A stretch of DNA of 64,000 nucleotides from Heptranchias perlo. Its lineage: Eukaryota. Below the pieces are notes generated by a model, which was not told the DNA's origin, did not search any database, and worked only from the letters and a program-made list of their open reading frames with translations. The DNA lies in assembly GCF_035084215.1 (NCBI RefSeq), contig NW_027139453.1:4960001-5024000 (forward strand), in the 5' to 3' direction. The position numbers were made by a program, and so were the translations under genes. Shown here piece after piece: positions 11,891 through 23,399 of this stretch (position 1 is the first letter of the stretch; every line of letters begins with the position of its first letter).

Positions 11891-12622
11891 AAGACCATTA
11901 GATCAACACGCTTTCCAACATTTATTCCTGCAATGATCCCATATCCATCTCCCTCACCCAGGAATCATTTCCCAAATTCAAAAATCATTCACACACTGTT
12001 CGTATTCCTGCTCATCACTCTAATGGCATAGAATGAATACCACGGAAACAGGCCGTTCAACTGCACACGAGACTCCTCCCATATTATTTCATCTCACACA
12101 ATCAGCATATGCGTTGATTTCTTTCTTCCTCACGTATTTAACTGCCCTCCGCTTAAAGAGATCTTTGCTGTTGGCCTCAACTACTCATGTAGTGGCGAGA
12201 TTCACATTCTAAACCCTCTTTGGTTCAAGACGTTTCTCCTGAGTACCCTTTGGATTAAAAATGCTATTTTTTATTTTTGGTACCTGCTTCTGGTCTCCCC
12301 CACATGTAAAAACATGTTCCCTACATTTGCCCTATCAGTCCCATTCATACGTTTAATAAGCTCCATTGCGTCACCTCTCAGCCTTCGCTTCTCTAAAGAA
12401 AAGAGCCCCAACCTGTTCACGATTTCCTGATAGTTATAACCTCTCAATTCTCATATCATGCTTGTAAACCTTTTTTGCATCTTCGCCAGTGCCTCTATAT
12501 CTAATCTCTCACTAAATTCTAACTCGTTTCAACTTCTTTTCAAATGAAGGTTTGCTCTGCAAAAAAAACAGGACGCTGCAAAGCGCGGTTTTGTGTCACA
12601 CGCGTGTTTCCTGCCAATTTGG

Positions 12623-12661
12623 GGTTTTTGTTAAACTCTTCAATCTCTCTGAGTCGCTGTG
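12623..12661 (-). promoter_or_regulatory. 23-RSS of V3 (heptamer CACAGCG)
   Basis: CACAGCG-23 nt-ACAAAAACC; essential CAC intact. Confidence 0.93.
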
Positions 12662-13220
12662 CAGACTCCAGGCGCAGTAATAGACGGCCGAGTGATTCGC
12701 CTGTAGGCTAGAGGTCTCCAGGTTGAACTGCTGCTCATTCGGTCTTTTGGCGGTAAATCGATCTACCGTCCCCACTGGACTCACGATATTATTACCTGTG
12801 GAATAAAACATAAACTCTGGTTCCTTCCCCGGGTATTGTCTGTACCAATACATGTAAGGATCACTGGTGTCCTCCACCGTGCAGTTCAGTTCCACTCCCT
12901 CCCCAGGAAATCTGGAGACAGCGGCGGGCGTCTGGTGAATTCTCTTCGAGTTCACGTCTGCGAAAGAAACCGGGGTAGGGGGGTATAATTAAATAAGGAC
13001 ATTCGTGGAAATGGGGAAAGGGAGAAAGAGAAACAGAGAAACGGAGAAATAGAGAGAGATAGAAACAGTGAGGGAGAGAAAGAGCGAATGGGAGAAATAA
13101 GGAAAGAAAGAGGGAAAGAAAACCGATCGAAAACGTTAATAAATGTTATTAACAAGGATAATGATTTGAAAAAAGTAATTTACTGTGAATCATGATGATC
13201 AGGCCCAGTAACAAATTCAT
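12662..13220 (-). CDS. TRBV: TCR beta V segment V3 (TRBV30-like); leader exon 13184-13220, V exon 12662-12957
   Basis: Leader MNLLLGLIIMIH|gtaaat; V exon VNSKRIHQTP...LNCTVEDTSDPYMYWYRQ...YYCAWSL; open frame. Confidence 0.94.
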
Positions 13221-14142
13221 CTTTTACTTTAAGCTTCACTCTTAATAAGGAAAGGAGCGAGAACAGCAGCGGTGAGTCTTGTGAAGAGCAAACCCGCCCT
13301 TTTCAAATCATTCAGGAAAACATGAAGAGAATAAGGAAGTGATGCAGGGTTGGACACGCCCCCTTTCCCGTTTGAACCAATTAGAATCAACATGGTTGCT
13401 AATGATGAAGTTACATATTTAATATTTACATGCAGTTAATCAATTAACCACATCTGGATTCCCAATTTGCCACATGTGACTAGCGGCTATTGGTCAACGC
13501 TGGGCTAGACCAAGCCCGTTAGATAACGAGATGTAGATGGTAAAACAATATTTGCGTCAAACGTGGCTGCTCAACTGTTCCACCGTATGGTTGGGCTCAT
13601 TATTGGGCCTATGACGATCAGGAGGATTCAGAGACTCGCACTTGATTGGGGAACGTGCAAACGGCCCCACTCCATTCAGACTGCAGTTAACCCGTTGCAT
13701 TTCAGAGAAACCAATCGATGAGTTGGAACACGAATGGCCACGGATATAGAGTTATATGGAAGAGCAAATAATTTCCATTGTTTGCTTAATGCACTTTGCT
13801 CTGACTTTTATTCGAATCCAACAATACAATCTAAGGACCTTGGACCTACCAGCCAAAGATGCAACGAGTCTCACCACTGAGCCAACCCGCATCAGTGGGT
13901 CAACACCGCCACCTGACGGCGGAAGGTCTGACCTCCATCAGACGGCCAACAGCGCCACATGCTGAGTTCCAAGCTGGGCTTCGTTGTCACAAGAAAGAAA
14001 GAAAAACAGAAGGAAGGAAGGACGGATAAAGGAAGACAGAATGAAGGAAAGGAATGAACAGAAAGAAAGAAAGAAGGATAGAAGGAAAGATGACATAAAG
14101 AAATATTAGTATCACGAATTATTGTTTGAAAATATCTCTTGC

Positions 14143-14310
14143 AGTGAAATAAGATCATTAGAACCAGTAACAGAGATATTTTTTACATGAAGCTTTTCTC
14201 TTAATAAGGAAAGGAACGAGAACAGTAGCGTTGAGTCTTGTGAAGAGCCAACACGTCCTTTTCAAATCATTCAGGTATCATGAGAAGGATAAGGAAGTGA
14301 TGCAGGTTTG
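14143..14310 (-). pseudogene. Orphan TRBV leader exon (14143-14182) with promoter; V exon deleted
   Basis: Homologous to the V1 leader/promoter (..SLLLVLMILFH), but the ATG is lost and the donor is GC; the CT-rich intron runs directly into RSS-distal flank sequence at ~13990 with no V exon. Confidence 0.8.
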
Positions 14311-15298
14311 GAGACTGACCTCTCCAACTGAAAATATATAGAGCAAATGGCAGAAGGAATTTGCAAAGTGCACATAGACAGGTTAAGTGAGTTGTCAAAA
14401 CTATGGCAGATTGAGTTCAAAGTTGCAAAGTGTGAGGTCATTCATTTTGGACCTAAGAAATGTAAATCGGAGAGTATTTCCTAAATGGTGTGTAGCTCGC
14501 AACTTTGGAGAAGCAGAGACATTTGGGGGATCCATGTACATAAATCAATAAAATTCGTGGATAGATGCATAAAATAAGTGAAAAGGCTAATGGAATGTTG
14601 GCCTTTTCCTCAAGGGGATTGGAATACAAAGTCATGCTCCGGTGCTATCGAGAACTCCGGTGAGACCCCATCTGAAGAACCGCGTTCAGTTCTGGGCACC
14701 GCACATCAGACAGATATATTGGCCTTGCAGAGGGCGCAGGGCAAATTGACTGGAATAATACCAGGGCTGAGAGGTTTAAATTATGAGTACAAGTGGCATA
14801 AGTTTGGATTCTATTCCCTGGAATATAGAAAATTAAGGGGTGATCTAATTGAGGTGTTTAAGAGGATTAAAGGATTTAATTGGGTCGATAGAAAAAGAAA
14901 AATTACCTCTGGTTTGGGAGTCCAGCACAAGGGGACAGAACCTTCAACTGAAACCAAGGCCGTTCAGGTGTGATGCCAGTAAGATTTCTTCACACATAGG
15001 ATAGTGGAAATCTGCAACTCTCTCCCCCAAAAAGCCCGTGGATGCTGGGGGTCAATTGGACCTTTGAAGACTGAGTTTGATAGATTTCGGTTGGGTCAGG
15101 GGACCGAGGAATATGGAGCAAAGGCGGTAAATGGAGTTGAGCTAAAGATCATCCATGAACTAATTGAATGTCGGAACAGACTCTGGGGAATCAATGTCAT
15201 CCACCACCTGTTCATACTTAACAGGATCAAGCGGCTGAATGGCCTCCTCTTGTTCCAATTCCACCATATTCAGGATACTACAGTGTTTTTTGATCCAA

Positions 15299-15317
15299 GA
15301 GCGCCCGCTACTGTCCT
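15299..15317 (-). promoter_or_regulatory. CTCF-like motif, unit 4
   Basis: GAGCGCCCGCTACTGTCCT, paralogous position. Confidence 0.45.
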
Positions 15318-15961
15318 CATGCAGAAAGGAAACACAGTGTCAGTTGATAAAAACCAACAGTCTTTATACATTCTTTCCTACTTCCTTTCTTTCCTTCTTT
15401 CTTTCTGTATTTCTTCCTATCTTCCTCATTTTCTCTTTTTCCCCTCCCTCCTGTATTTAAGATTTGATTTGTCGGATCTCTAATACCGCTCCAGACCCAA
15501 ATACCTCAGTGTGGCACTCGGCGCTCGCTTTAATTACCCGACAATAGAACCAGCGGCAAAGTGTAAGAAAGACCATGAGGTCCCCCATTTATTCCTGCAC
15601 TGATCCCACATCTATCCAGGTGTCAGTTCACCAAACTACACAGATCATTCCCATACTGTTTGTATTCACGCTCCTCACTCCAATTACGTCTGAACAGCAC
15701 AGAAACAGGCCATTACGCCCAACTGGTCTTTGTCGGTGTTTATGCTCCACACGAGCCTCTTCCCACCTTACTTCATCTCACCTTATCAGCATATCCGTCT
15801 ATCCCTTCCCCCGCTTGTGCACTTATCCAGCTTTCCCTTAAATGCATCTATTCTGTTCGCCTGAACCATTCCTTATCGAAGCGAGTTCCACATTCTAACC
15901 TCTCATTGGGTAAAGACGTTTCTCCAGAATTCCCTTTTGGATTAATTAGTTACTATTTTAA

Positions 15962-18050
15962 AGAATCATGGAATCATAGAAAAGTTACAGCACCGAATAA
16001 GGACACACGGCCCATCGTGTCCGTTCCGGCTCTATGCAAGAGCAATCCAGCTCGTCTCACTATCCCGCCCTTTCCAAGTAGTAGTGCATTTTTTTTTTCC
16101 TTTCAAGTGCTTAACCAGTTACCTTTGGAAGGCCATGATTGAATCTGTCTCCACCATACTCTCGAGCAGTGCATTCCAGAACCTAACCACTCGCTGTGTA
16201 AAAAAGTTTGTCCTCATGTCCCCTGGTTCTTGACCCTACCGCCAATGGGATGTTTCTCTCTGTCTACTCTGTCTGGATCTTTCATGGATTTGAACACCCT
16301 ATATCAAATCTCTTCTCAACAGTCTCTGTTCCAAGGAGAACAAGCTCAGCTTCTCCAGTCCATCCACGTAATAAAAGTCCCTCATCCCTCGAATCATTAT
16401 AATAATATCTCTTCTGCACCCTGTCTAAGGCCTTCACATCTTTCCTAAAGTGCGGTGCCCAGAACTAGACACAATACTCCAGTTGTGGCTGAACCAGTGT
16501 TTCATAAAGGTTCATCATGACTTCCCTACTTTTGTACTCTATGCCTCTATTTATAAATCCCAGTATGCTTTTTAACCGCATTCTCAACTTGCCCTGCCAC
16601 CTTCATCGATTTGTGCCAATATACCACTAGATATCTCTGTTCCTGTACACCTTTCAGAGTTGTGCCCTCTAGTTTGTATTGCCTCCCTTCGTTCTTCCTA
16701 CCGAAATGTATCACATCGCATTTTTCTGCGTTAAATTTCATCTGCTACGTGTCCGCCCATGCCATCAGACTGTCTATATCCTCTTGAAGTCTATCACTAA
16801 CCTCCTCACTATTTACTACCCTTCCAAGTTTTGTGTCATCTACAAATTTTGAAATTGTGCCCTGTACACCCAAGTCCAAGTCATTAATATATATCAAGAA
16901 AAGTAATGGTCCCCGCACTGACCCCTGGGGAACACCACTATACAGCTCCCTCCAGTCGAAAAATAACTGGTCACCTCTACTCTCTGTTTCCTTTCCCTTA
17001 GCCAATTCTGTTCCCATGTTGCTACTGCCCATTTATTCAATTGGCCGCAAGTTTGATGATAAGCCTACCGTGCGGCACTTTTTCAAACGCCTTTTGAAAG
17101 TCCATATACACCGCATCAACCGCATTGCCCTCATTGACCCTATCTGTTACCTCATCAAAAAAAATCTATCAGGTCAGATAAACACGATTTGCCTTTAAGA
17201 AATCCGTGCTGGCTTTCCCCATTCAATCCACACTCGTCCAAGTGACTGTTAATTCTTTCCACTATTATCGTTCCTAAAACTTTCCCCAGCACCGAGGTTA
17301 AACTGACTGGCCTATAGTTTCTGGATTTATCCTTACACATTTTGTAACATTTGTAATTCTCCAGCCCTCTGTCACCACCCCCGCAACTAAGGATGTATGG
17401 AACATTATAGCCAGTACCTCTGCAATCTACACCCATACTTCCTTCAGTCACCTAGGTTGCATCTCATCCGGACTGGGTGACTTAACTACTTTACGTACAG
17501 CTAGCCTTTCAAGTGTCTCTTCTTTATCAATTTTTATCCCATCCAGAATCTCAACTACATCTTCCTTTACTGATACTCTGGCAGCATTTTCTTCCTTGGT
17601 AAACACAGATGCGAAATATTCATTTAGTACCTCGGCCATCCCCTCTGCCTCCATGAGTAGAACTCCTTTGCGGTTCCTAATGGGCCCCACCCCTTCTCTC
17701 TATACCCGTTTCCGGTTTACATGCCTGTAGAATACTTTTAAATTGCCTTTTATGTTGGCCGCAAGTCTATTCTCATAATCTCCCTTTGCCCCTCTTATTT
17801 CCTTTTTCACTTATCCTCTGAACTTTCAATATTCTGCCTGGTTCTCACTTGTGTTATCAACCTGACATCTGTGATACGCCCATTTATCCCGTTTCATTTT
17901 ACTCACTATCTCTACTGTCTTCCAGGGAACCCTGGCCTTAGTTGCACTACCTTTCTGCCTAGTGGGAATGTCCAGAGACGGTATGCGAACCATTTCCTCT
18001 GTTCAATTGCAGTTTTACCTTCCAATCTTTGATTCCAATTTACCAGGGCC
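15962..18050 (-). mobile_element. CR1 insertion (~2.1 kb) nested within an older CR1 fragment
   Basis: AEVLNEYFASVFT, NYRPVSLTS, GVPQGSV..FLIYINDLD, KFVDDTKL motifs; aatcatagaa tail at 15962. Confidence 0.88.
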
Positions 18051-18360
18051 AAATTATATTGATGGTCCCTAGTTCTGGAAACATCTTCTCCACGTCTACC
18101 CTATCAAATCCTGTCAAATCTCAGGTTTCACTTTGATAGAGAAAACAGCCCCAGCCTGTTCAGTCTTTACTGGTACTTGTAACCTGACATCCTTGTAAAT
18201 CTTTGTTGCACCCTTTCCAATACCTCTATATCTAATCTCTTACTTTATTCTAGACCGTCTCTTTCTTCTTATCAAAAACACGTTCGCTCTGCCTAAACAG
18301 TTCAACAGGAGGAGGCTGCGCGTGGTTTAATGTCATACAGGTGTTTCCTGCCTACTTTCT

Positions 18361-18399
18361 GGTTTTTGTTAAACTCCTCGATCTCTCTGAGTCACTGTG
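18361..18399 (-). promoter_or_regulatory. 23-RSS of V4
   Basis: CACAGTG-23 nt-ACAAAAACC, consensus. Confidence 0.97.
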
Positions 18400-18920
18400 C
18401 AGACTCCAGGCGCAGTAGTACACGGCCGACTGATTCGCCCGCAGGCTGGAGGTCTCCAGGTTGAACTGCTGGTCATTCGGTCGCTTGGCGGTAAAACCGT
18501 CCACCTTCGCCTCTGGATCCACGTGATTGGTACGTGTGGAGTAAAACATGAACTCTGGCTCCTTCCCCGGGTATTGTCTGTACCAATACATGTCAGGGTT
18601 ACTGGTGCCCTCCACCGTGCACTTCAGGTCCATTCCCTCCCCACGAAACTTTGAGACAGCGTTCGGCGTCTGGTGGATCCTCTTCGAGTTCACGTCTGGG
18701 AAAGAGCCGGGGACAGGAGGATATTATTAAATAGGGATATTCGGGGTAATGGGGAAAGTGAGAAATAGTGAACGGAAGAACGAAAGAAATAGAGAACGTT
18801 AGAAAGATTGAAGGAGAGAAAGAACGATCGAAAACGTTAATAAATGTTATCAACAAGAATAATGGTTTGAAAAAATAACTTACGGTGAATCAAGATGATC
18901 AGGCCCAGCAACAGATTCAT
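18400..18920 (-). CDS. TRBV: TCR beta V segment V4 (TRBV30-like); leader exon 18884-18920, V exon 18400-18695
   Basis: Leader MNLLLGLIILIH|gtaagt; V exon VNSKRIHQTP...LKCTVEGTSNPDMYWYRQ...YYCAWSL; open frame. Confidence 0.95.
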
Positions 18921-19718
18921 CTTTTACTTTAAGCTTCACTCTTAATAAGGAGAGGAGCGAGAACAGCAGTGGTGAGTCTTGTGAGGAGCGAACCCGCCCT
19001 TTTCAAATCATTCAGGAAAATATGAAGAGAATAAAGAAGTGATGCACGTTAGGACAAGCCCCCTTCCCCGGTTGAACCAATTAGATTCAATGTGGTTGCG
19101 AATGACGAAGTTGAATATTTTGCATTTACAATCAGTTCAGCAATTAACCACAACTGAATTCCCAATTTGCCCCATGTGAATAGCGGCTTTTGTACAACGG
19201 TGGACTAAACCAAGCACGTTAGATAACGAGATGCAGATGGTACAACAATATCTGGGTCACACGTGGCTGCTCAACTATTCTACCGCATGGTTCGACGCAT
19301 GATTGGGCCTATGACGATCAGGAGGATTCAAAGACTCGCCCTTGATTGGGGGACTTGTAAACGACCCCACTCCATTCAGACTGCAGTTAACCCGTTGCAT
19401 TTCAGAGAAACCAATCGATGAGTCGGAACACGAATGACCCTGGATATAGAGCCATATGGAAGAGGACGTAATTTCCTGGGTGTGCTTAACGCCACTTTGC
19501 TCTTATTTCTTATTGAAATCCAACAATAAAGTCTGAGGACCTTGGACCCAACAGCCAGAGGTACAACGAGTCACAGCACTGAGCCAGCCCGCATCAGTGA
19601 GTCAACACCGCCACCTGGAGGCGGAAGGGCTGACCTCCATCAGTGGGCCAACAGCGCCACAAACTGAATTCAAAGCTTTTTATTGTCACAGAGCACCCGG
19701 CAACCCCTGCCCACACCT

Positions 19719-19793
19719 CGCTGTGAGTGCTCAAGGCGCAGTAATACAAAGGCCGTGTGATACTCCCTCATGCTGGAGGACTCAAGGTTGAAA
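19719..19793 (-). pseudogene. 3' remnant of a TRBV pseudogene (FR3 + heptamer)
   Basis: FNLESSSMREYHTA[+1 nt]LYYCALST followed by CACAGCG; no nonamer at 23-nt spacing; 5' part replaced by a LINE fragment. Confidence 0.8.
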
Positions 19794-19794
19794 T

Positions 19795-20290
19795 CTCCAC
19801 TTGCCTGGATGAGTGGAGCTCCAACAACACTCAAGAAGCTCGACACCATCAAGGACAAAGCAGTCGGCTTGATTGGCACCCCATCCACCGCCCTAAACAT
19901 TCACTCCCTTCACCACCGGTGCAAAGTGGCTGCAATGTGCACCATCCAGAGGATGCACTGCAGCAACTCGCCAAGGCTTCTTCGAAAGCACCTCCCAAAC
20001 CCGCGACCTTCGGCATCTTGAAGGACGAGGGAAGCAGGCACACGGGAACAACACCACCTGCACGTTCCCCTCCAAGTCACACACCATCCCGACTTGGAAA
20101 TATATCGCCGTTCCTTCATCATGACTGCTTTAAAATCCTGGAACTCCCTACCCATCAGCACTGTGGGAGAACCTTCACCACGCGGACGGCAGCGGTTCAA
20201 GACGGCGGCTCACCACCACCTTCTCAAAGGCAACCGGCGATAGGCAATAAATGCTGGCCTTGCCAGCGACGCCCATGTCCTAAGAATGAT
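19795..20290 (+). mobile_element. Non-LTR retrotransposon 3' fragment (RTE-X-like, tentative); related pieces at 1805-1915, 25850-26270, 33365-33510
   Basis: PLAWMSGAPTTLKKLDTIKDKA..LNIHSLHHR; 3' end gcaataaatgctggccttgccagcgacgccc. Confidence 0.7.
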
Positions 20291-20299
20291 TTTTTTTCA

Positions 20300-21510
20300 A
20301 AAGTTGGGCACAATGTCCTAACGCGGAGCTTCACTAATGATGTGAGGGAGGATTTAAACTAATTTGGCAGGGAATTGGCCATCGGGATGTAGCAGTAGAA
20401 AAGAGAAACAAGGTGCACAAAGGATTGGTAGGGACAGATTGGTAAGAAATAGTGCAGAATTCGTTGGATCGGATTACGAGAGAATACGAGTAGGTCTAAG
20501 ATAGGTTTAGATTGCATGTGTGTAAACGCACGAAGCGTGGTCAATAAGGTTGGTGAGCTGCAGGCACTAATAGCCACATGAGAATGTGATGTAGTGGCGA
20601 TAATAGAGAGCTGGTTCAAAAAATGGCAGGATTGGGTACTAAATATTCCTGGTTCCAAGGTGTTCCCAGGACCATTGATTTGTTAATATATGTTGATTAC
20701 TTGGTCTTGGTTGTACAGCGCACAACTTCAAAATTTGCAGATGAAATAACACTTGGAAGTGTAGTAAACAGTGAGAAAGATAGTAATAGACTTCAATAGG
20801 ACATAAACATGCTGGTGGAATGTGCGGACACATGGCAGATAAAATTTAACGCAGAGAAGTACGAAGTGGTACATTTTGGGAGGAAGAATGAGGAGAGTCA
20901 ATCTAAAATCAATGGTACCATTCTAAATGGGCTGCAGGAACAGAGTGACCTGGGGGTATATGTGCACAAATCTCTGAAGGTGACAGGACAGGTTGAGAAA
21001 GCGGTTAAAAATGCATTCAGGATCCTGGGCTTTATAAATAGAGGCATAGAGTACAAAAGCAAATAAGTTATGTTCAACTTTATAAAGCACTAGTTCGGTC
21101 ACAGCTGCAGTATTGTGTACAATCCTGGGCACCGCACTTTAGGAAGTATGTGAAGGCCATAGATAGGGTGCAGAAAAGTAAATAAAGAGAATCTGTTCTC
21201 TTTGGCGGAATGGTCGAGAATCAGGGGACACAGATTTAGGGGATTGGCAAATAACCAACGGTGATGTGAGGATAAACTTTTTCTGCAGCTAGTAGTGATG
21301 GTCTGGAATGCTCTGCCTGAAAGGGTGATGGAAGCAGATTCAATAGCAGCTGTCAAAAAGGAATTGGATGAATACTTGAAAGGTATAAATTTGCAGAGCA
21401 ACGGTGAAACAGCGGGGGAATGGGATTAACTGGATTGTTTTCAGAAAGAGCTGACACAGGCCAGATGGGCCGAATGGCCTCCTTCTGTGATGTAACCAAT
21501 CTATGATTCT
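20300..21510 (+). mobile_element. CR1 composite: endonuclease N-terminus joined to RT/3' end
   Basis: CVNARSVVNKVGEL...WVLNIPG, then WQIKFNAEK..FINRGIEYKSK. Confidence 0.8.
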
Positions 21511-21559
21511 ATCATTCTATGAAAGAAATAGGTTCTGGCCAACAAATGGGATTCAGGAT

Positions 21560-23395
21560 CATTTGCCCATTCTGCAAGTTGTCTTGCATTTTGTTGCAGT
21601 CTTCATCAGTATTAACAATACCTCCTAATTTCTTGTCATCCGCAAATTTTGAAGTTGTAATTCTGATTTCCGAGTCCAAATCGTTGATGTAAATGGAGAA
21701 CAACAGTGGTGCAGCACCTTGTGGAACACCACTTCCCGCTTACCAGTCTGAGTAACCACCTTTACCCCCTACTCTCTGTTTTCTGTTTTGTAGACAGCTT
21801 GCTATCCATTCTGCTACCTGCCCCCCCCCCCCTGACTCCATATGCTCTGATCTTAGTCTTGAGTCTAAAGTACCTTATCGAAGGCCTTTTGCGAATTCAA
21901 ATACATTACAATAGAATAGATGTAACTGAGGCCATTCACTAATACCACGAATGATCTGTATCTGAACATTATTTACTTGGCTTTGCTCCACATTCCTCGA
22001 TGCTCTTATCCAACAAAAATCTATTGATCTCAGTCTTGAAAGCTCCAACTGACCGTCAGCATCCACAAACATTTGGGGGAGAGAGTTCCCGAATTCCACT
22101 ACCCTTCATGTGAAGAAGTGATTCCCGTCTTCGCTCCAAAATGGCCGAGCTCTAATTTTAAGCTTTTGTCCCCTCGTTCTTGATTTCCCCCACCAGAGGA
22201 AATAGTTTATCTGTATCAACCCTATCAAATCCTTTTAACCTTTAAAACACCTCGATCAGATCACCCCTCAATCTCCTGTACTGAAGGGAATACAAGCAGA
22301 ATTTATGCAACCTGTCCTCATAATTTCAGCCCATGTGTCATTCTGGTGAACCTGCGCTGTACCCCCTCCAAGGCCAATATATCCTTCCTAAGGTGCGGTG
22401 ACCAGAACTGAATGCAGTATCCAGATGGGGTCGAACCAGATCGAACTGAAGCACAACTTCCACCCTTTTTATTCCATCCCCCTCGCCATTAGCCTTTTTG
22501 ATTGCTTTTTGTACCTGGGCTCCCAAACCTACAGCTTCTAGCTTCTGACCATTGAGAAAATACGCCGATGTATCTTTCTTGGGTCCAGAGTGGACGATCT
22601 CAGACTTGTCCACGTTAAACTCCATTTGCCATAGTTTTCCCCACTCCCTGAATCCGTCAATGTCTTTTGAAATTACTGCTCCAATCTACTCAGTGCGCCT
22701 CCTAAATTAGTGTCATATCTGAATCCATTTTAACTGAAACTGGTTGATTGGAAATATTCCGTTGGCCCAACAACAACAACTTGCGTTTAACAGCGGAACA
22801 GGAGGAGACCATTCAGGTCCACGAGCCTATTCCGCCATTCAATGAAATCATGGCTGATATGCATGCTAACTCCATTCTCCCGCCTTGGCTCCATATCGCA
22901 TAATACCCTTGGTTAGGAAATATCTATCGAACTCAGGTTTAAAATAATTAATTGAGCTAGCATCTATTGCTTTTTGTGTAAGAGAGTTCGACACTTCAAC
23001 CACCCTTTAACTGATGAAGTGTTTCGTAACTTCTTTCCTGAATGGCCTGGCTCTGATTTTAATGGTTAACTCCCCCTGTCCTAGACTCCCTCACCAGTGG
23101 AAACAGTTCCTCTCTATCTACCCTATTAATTACTTTCACCATCCTAAAAACCTCAATCAAATCATCCCTTAACCTTCTATATTCCAGGGAATACAAGTCT
23201 AGTGCATGTAATCTCTCCTCATAACATAACACTGGTAACATTCTCGTTAATCTGCGTTGCATTCCTTCCAACATTCTATCTAAGGTGCAGTGCCCAGAAC
23301 TGTACACAGTAATCTGGATGTGGGCTAACCAGGGCTTTGTATATCTGTAGATAAACTTCCTCCCCTTTCTATTCTAGCCCTTTGATATAAAGGCT
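21560..23395 (-). mobile_element. Cluster of CR1 fragments
   Basis: YINDLD..SKFADD, MEFNVDK, RRLRDDLIEVF motifs. Confidence 0.8.
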
Positions 23396-23399
23396 AAAC

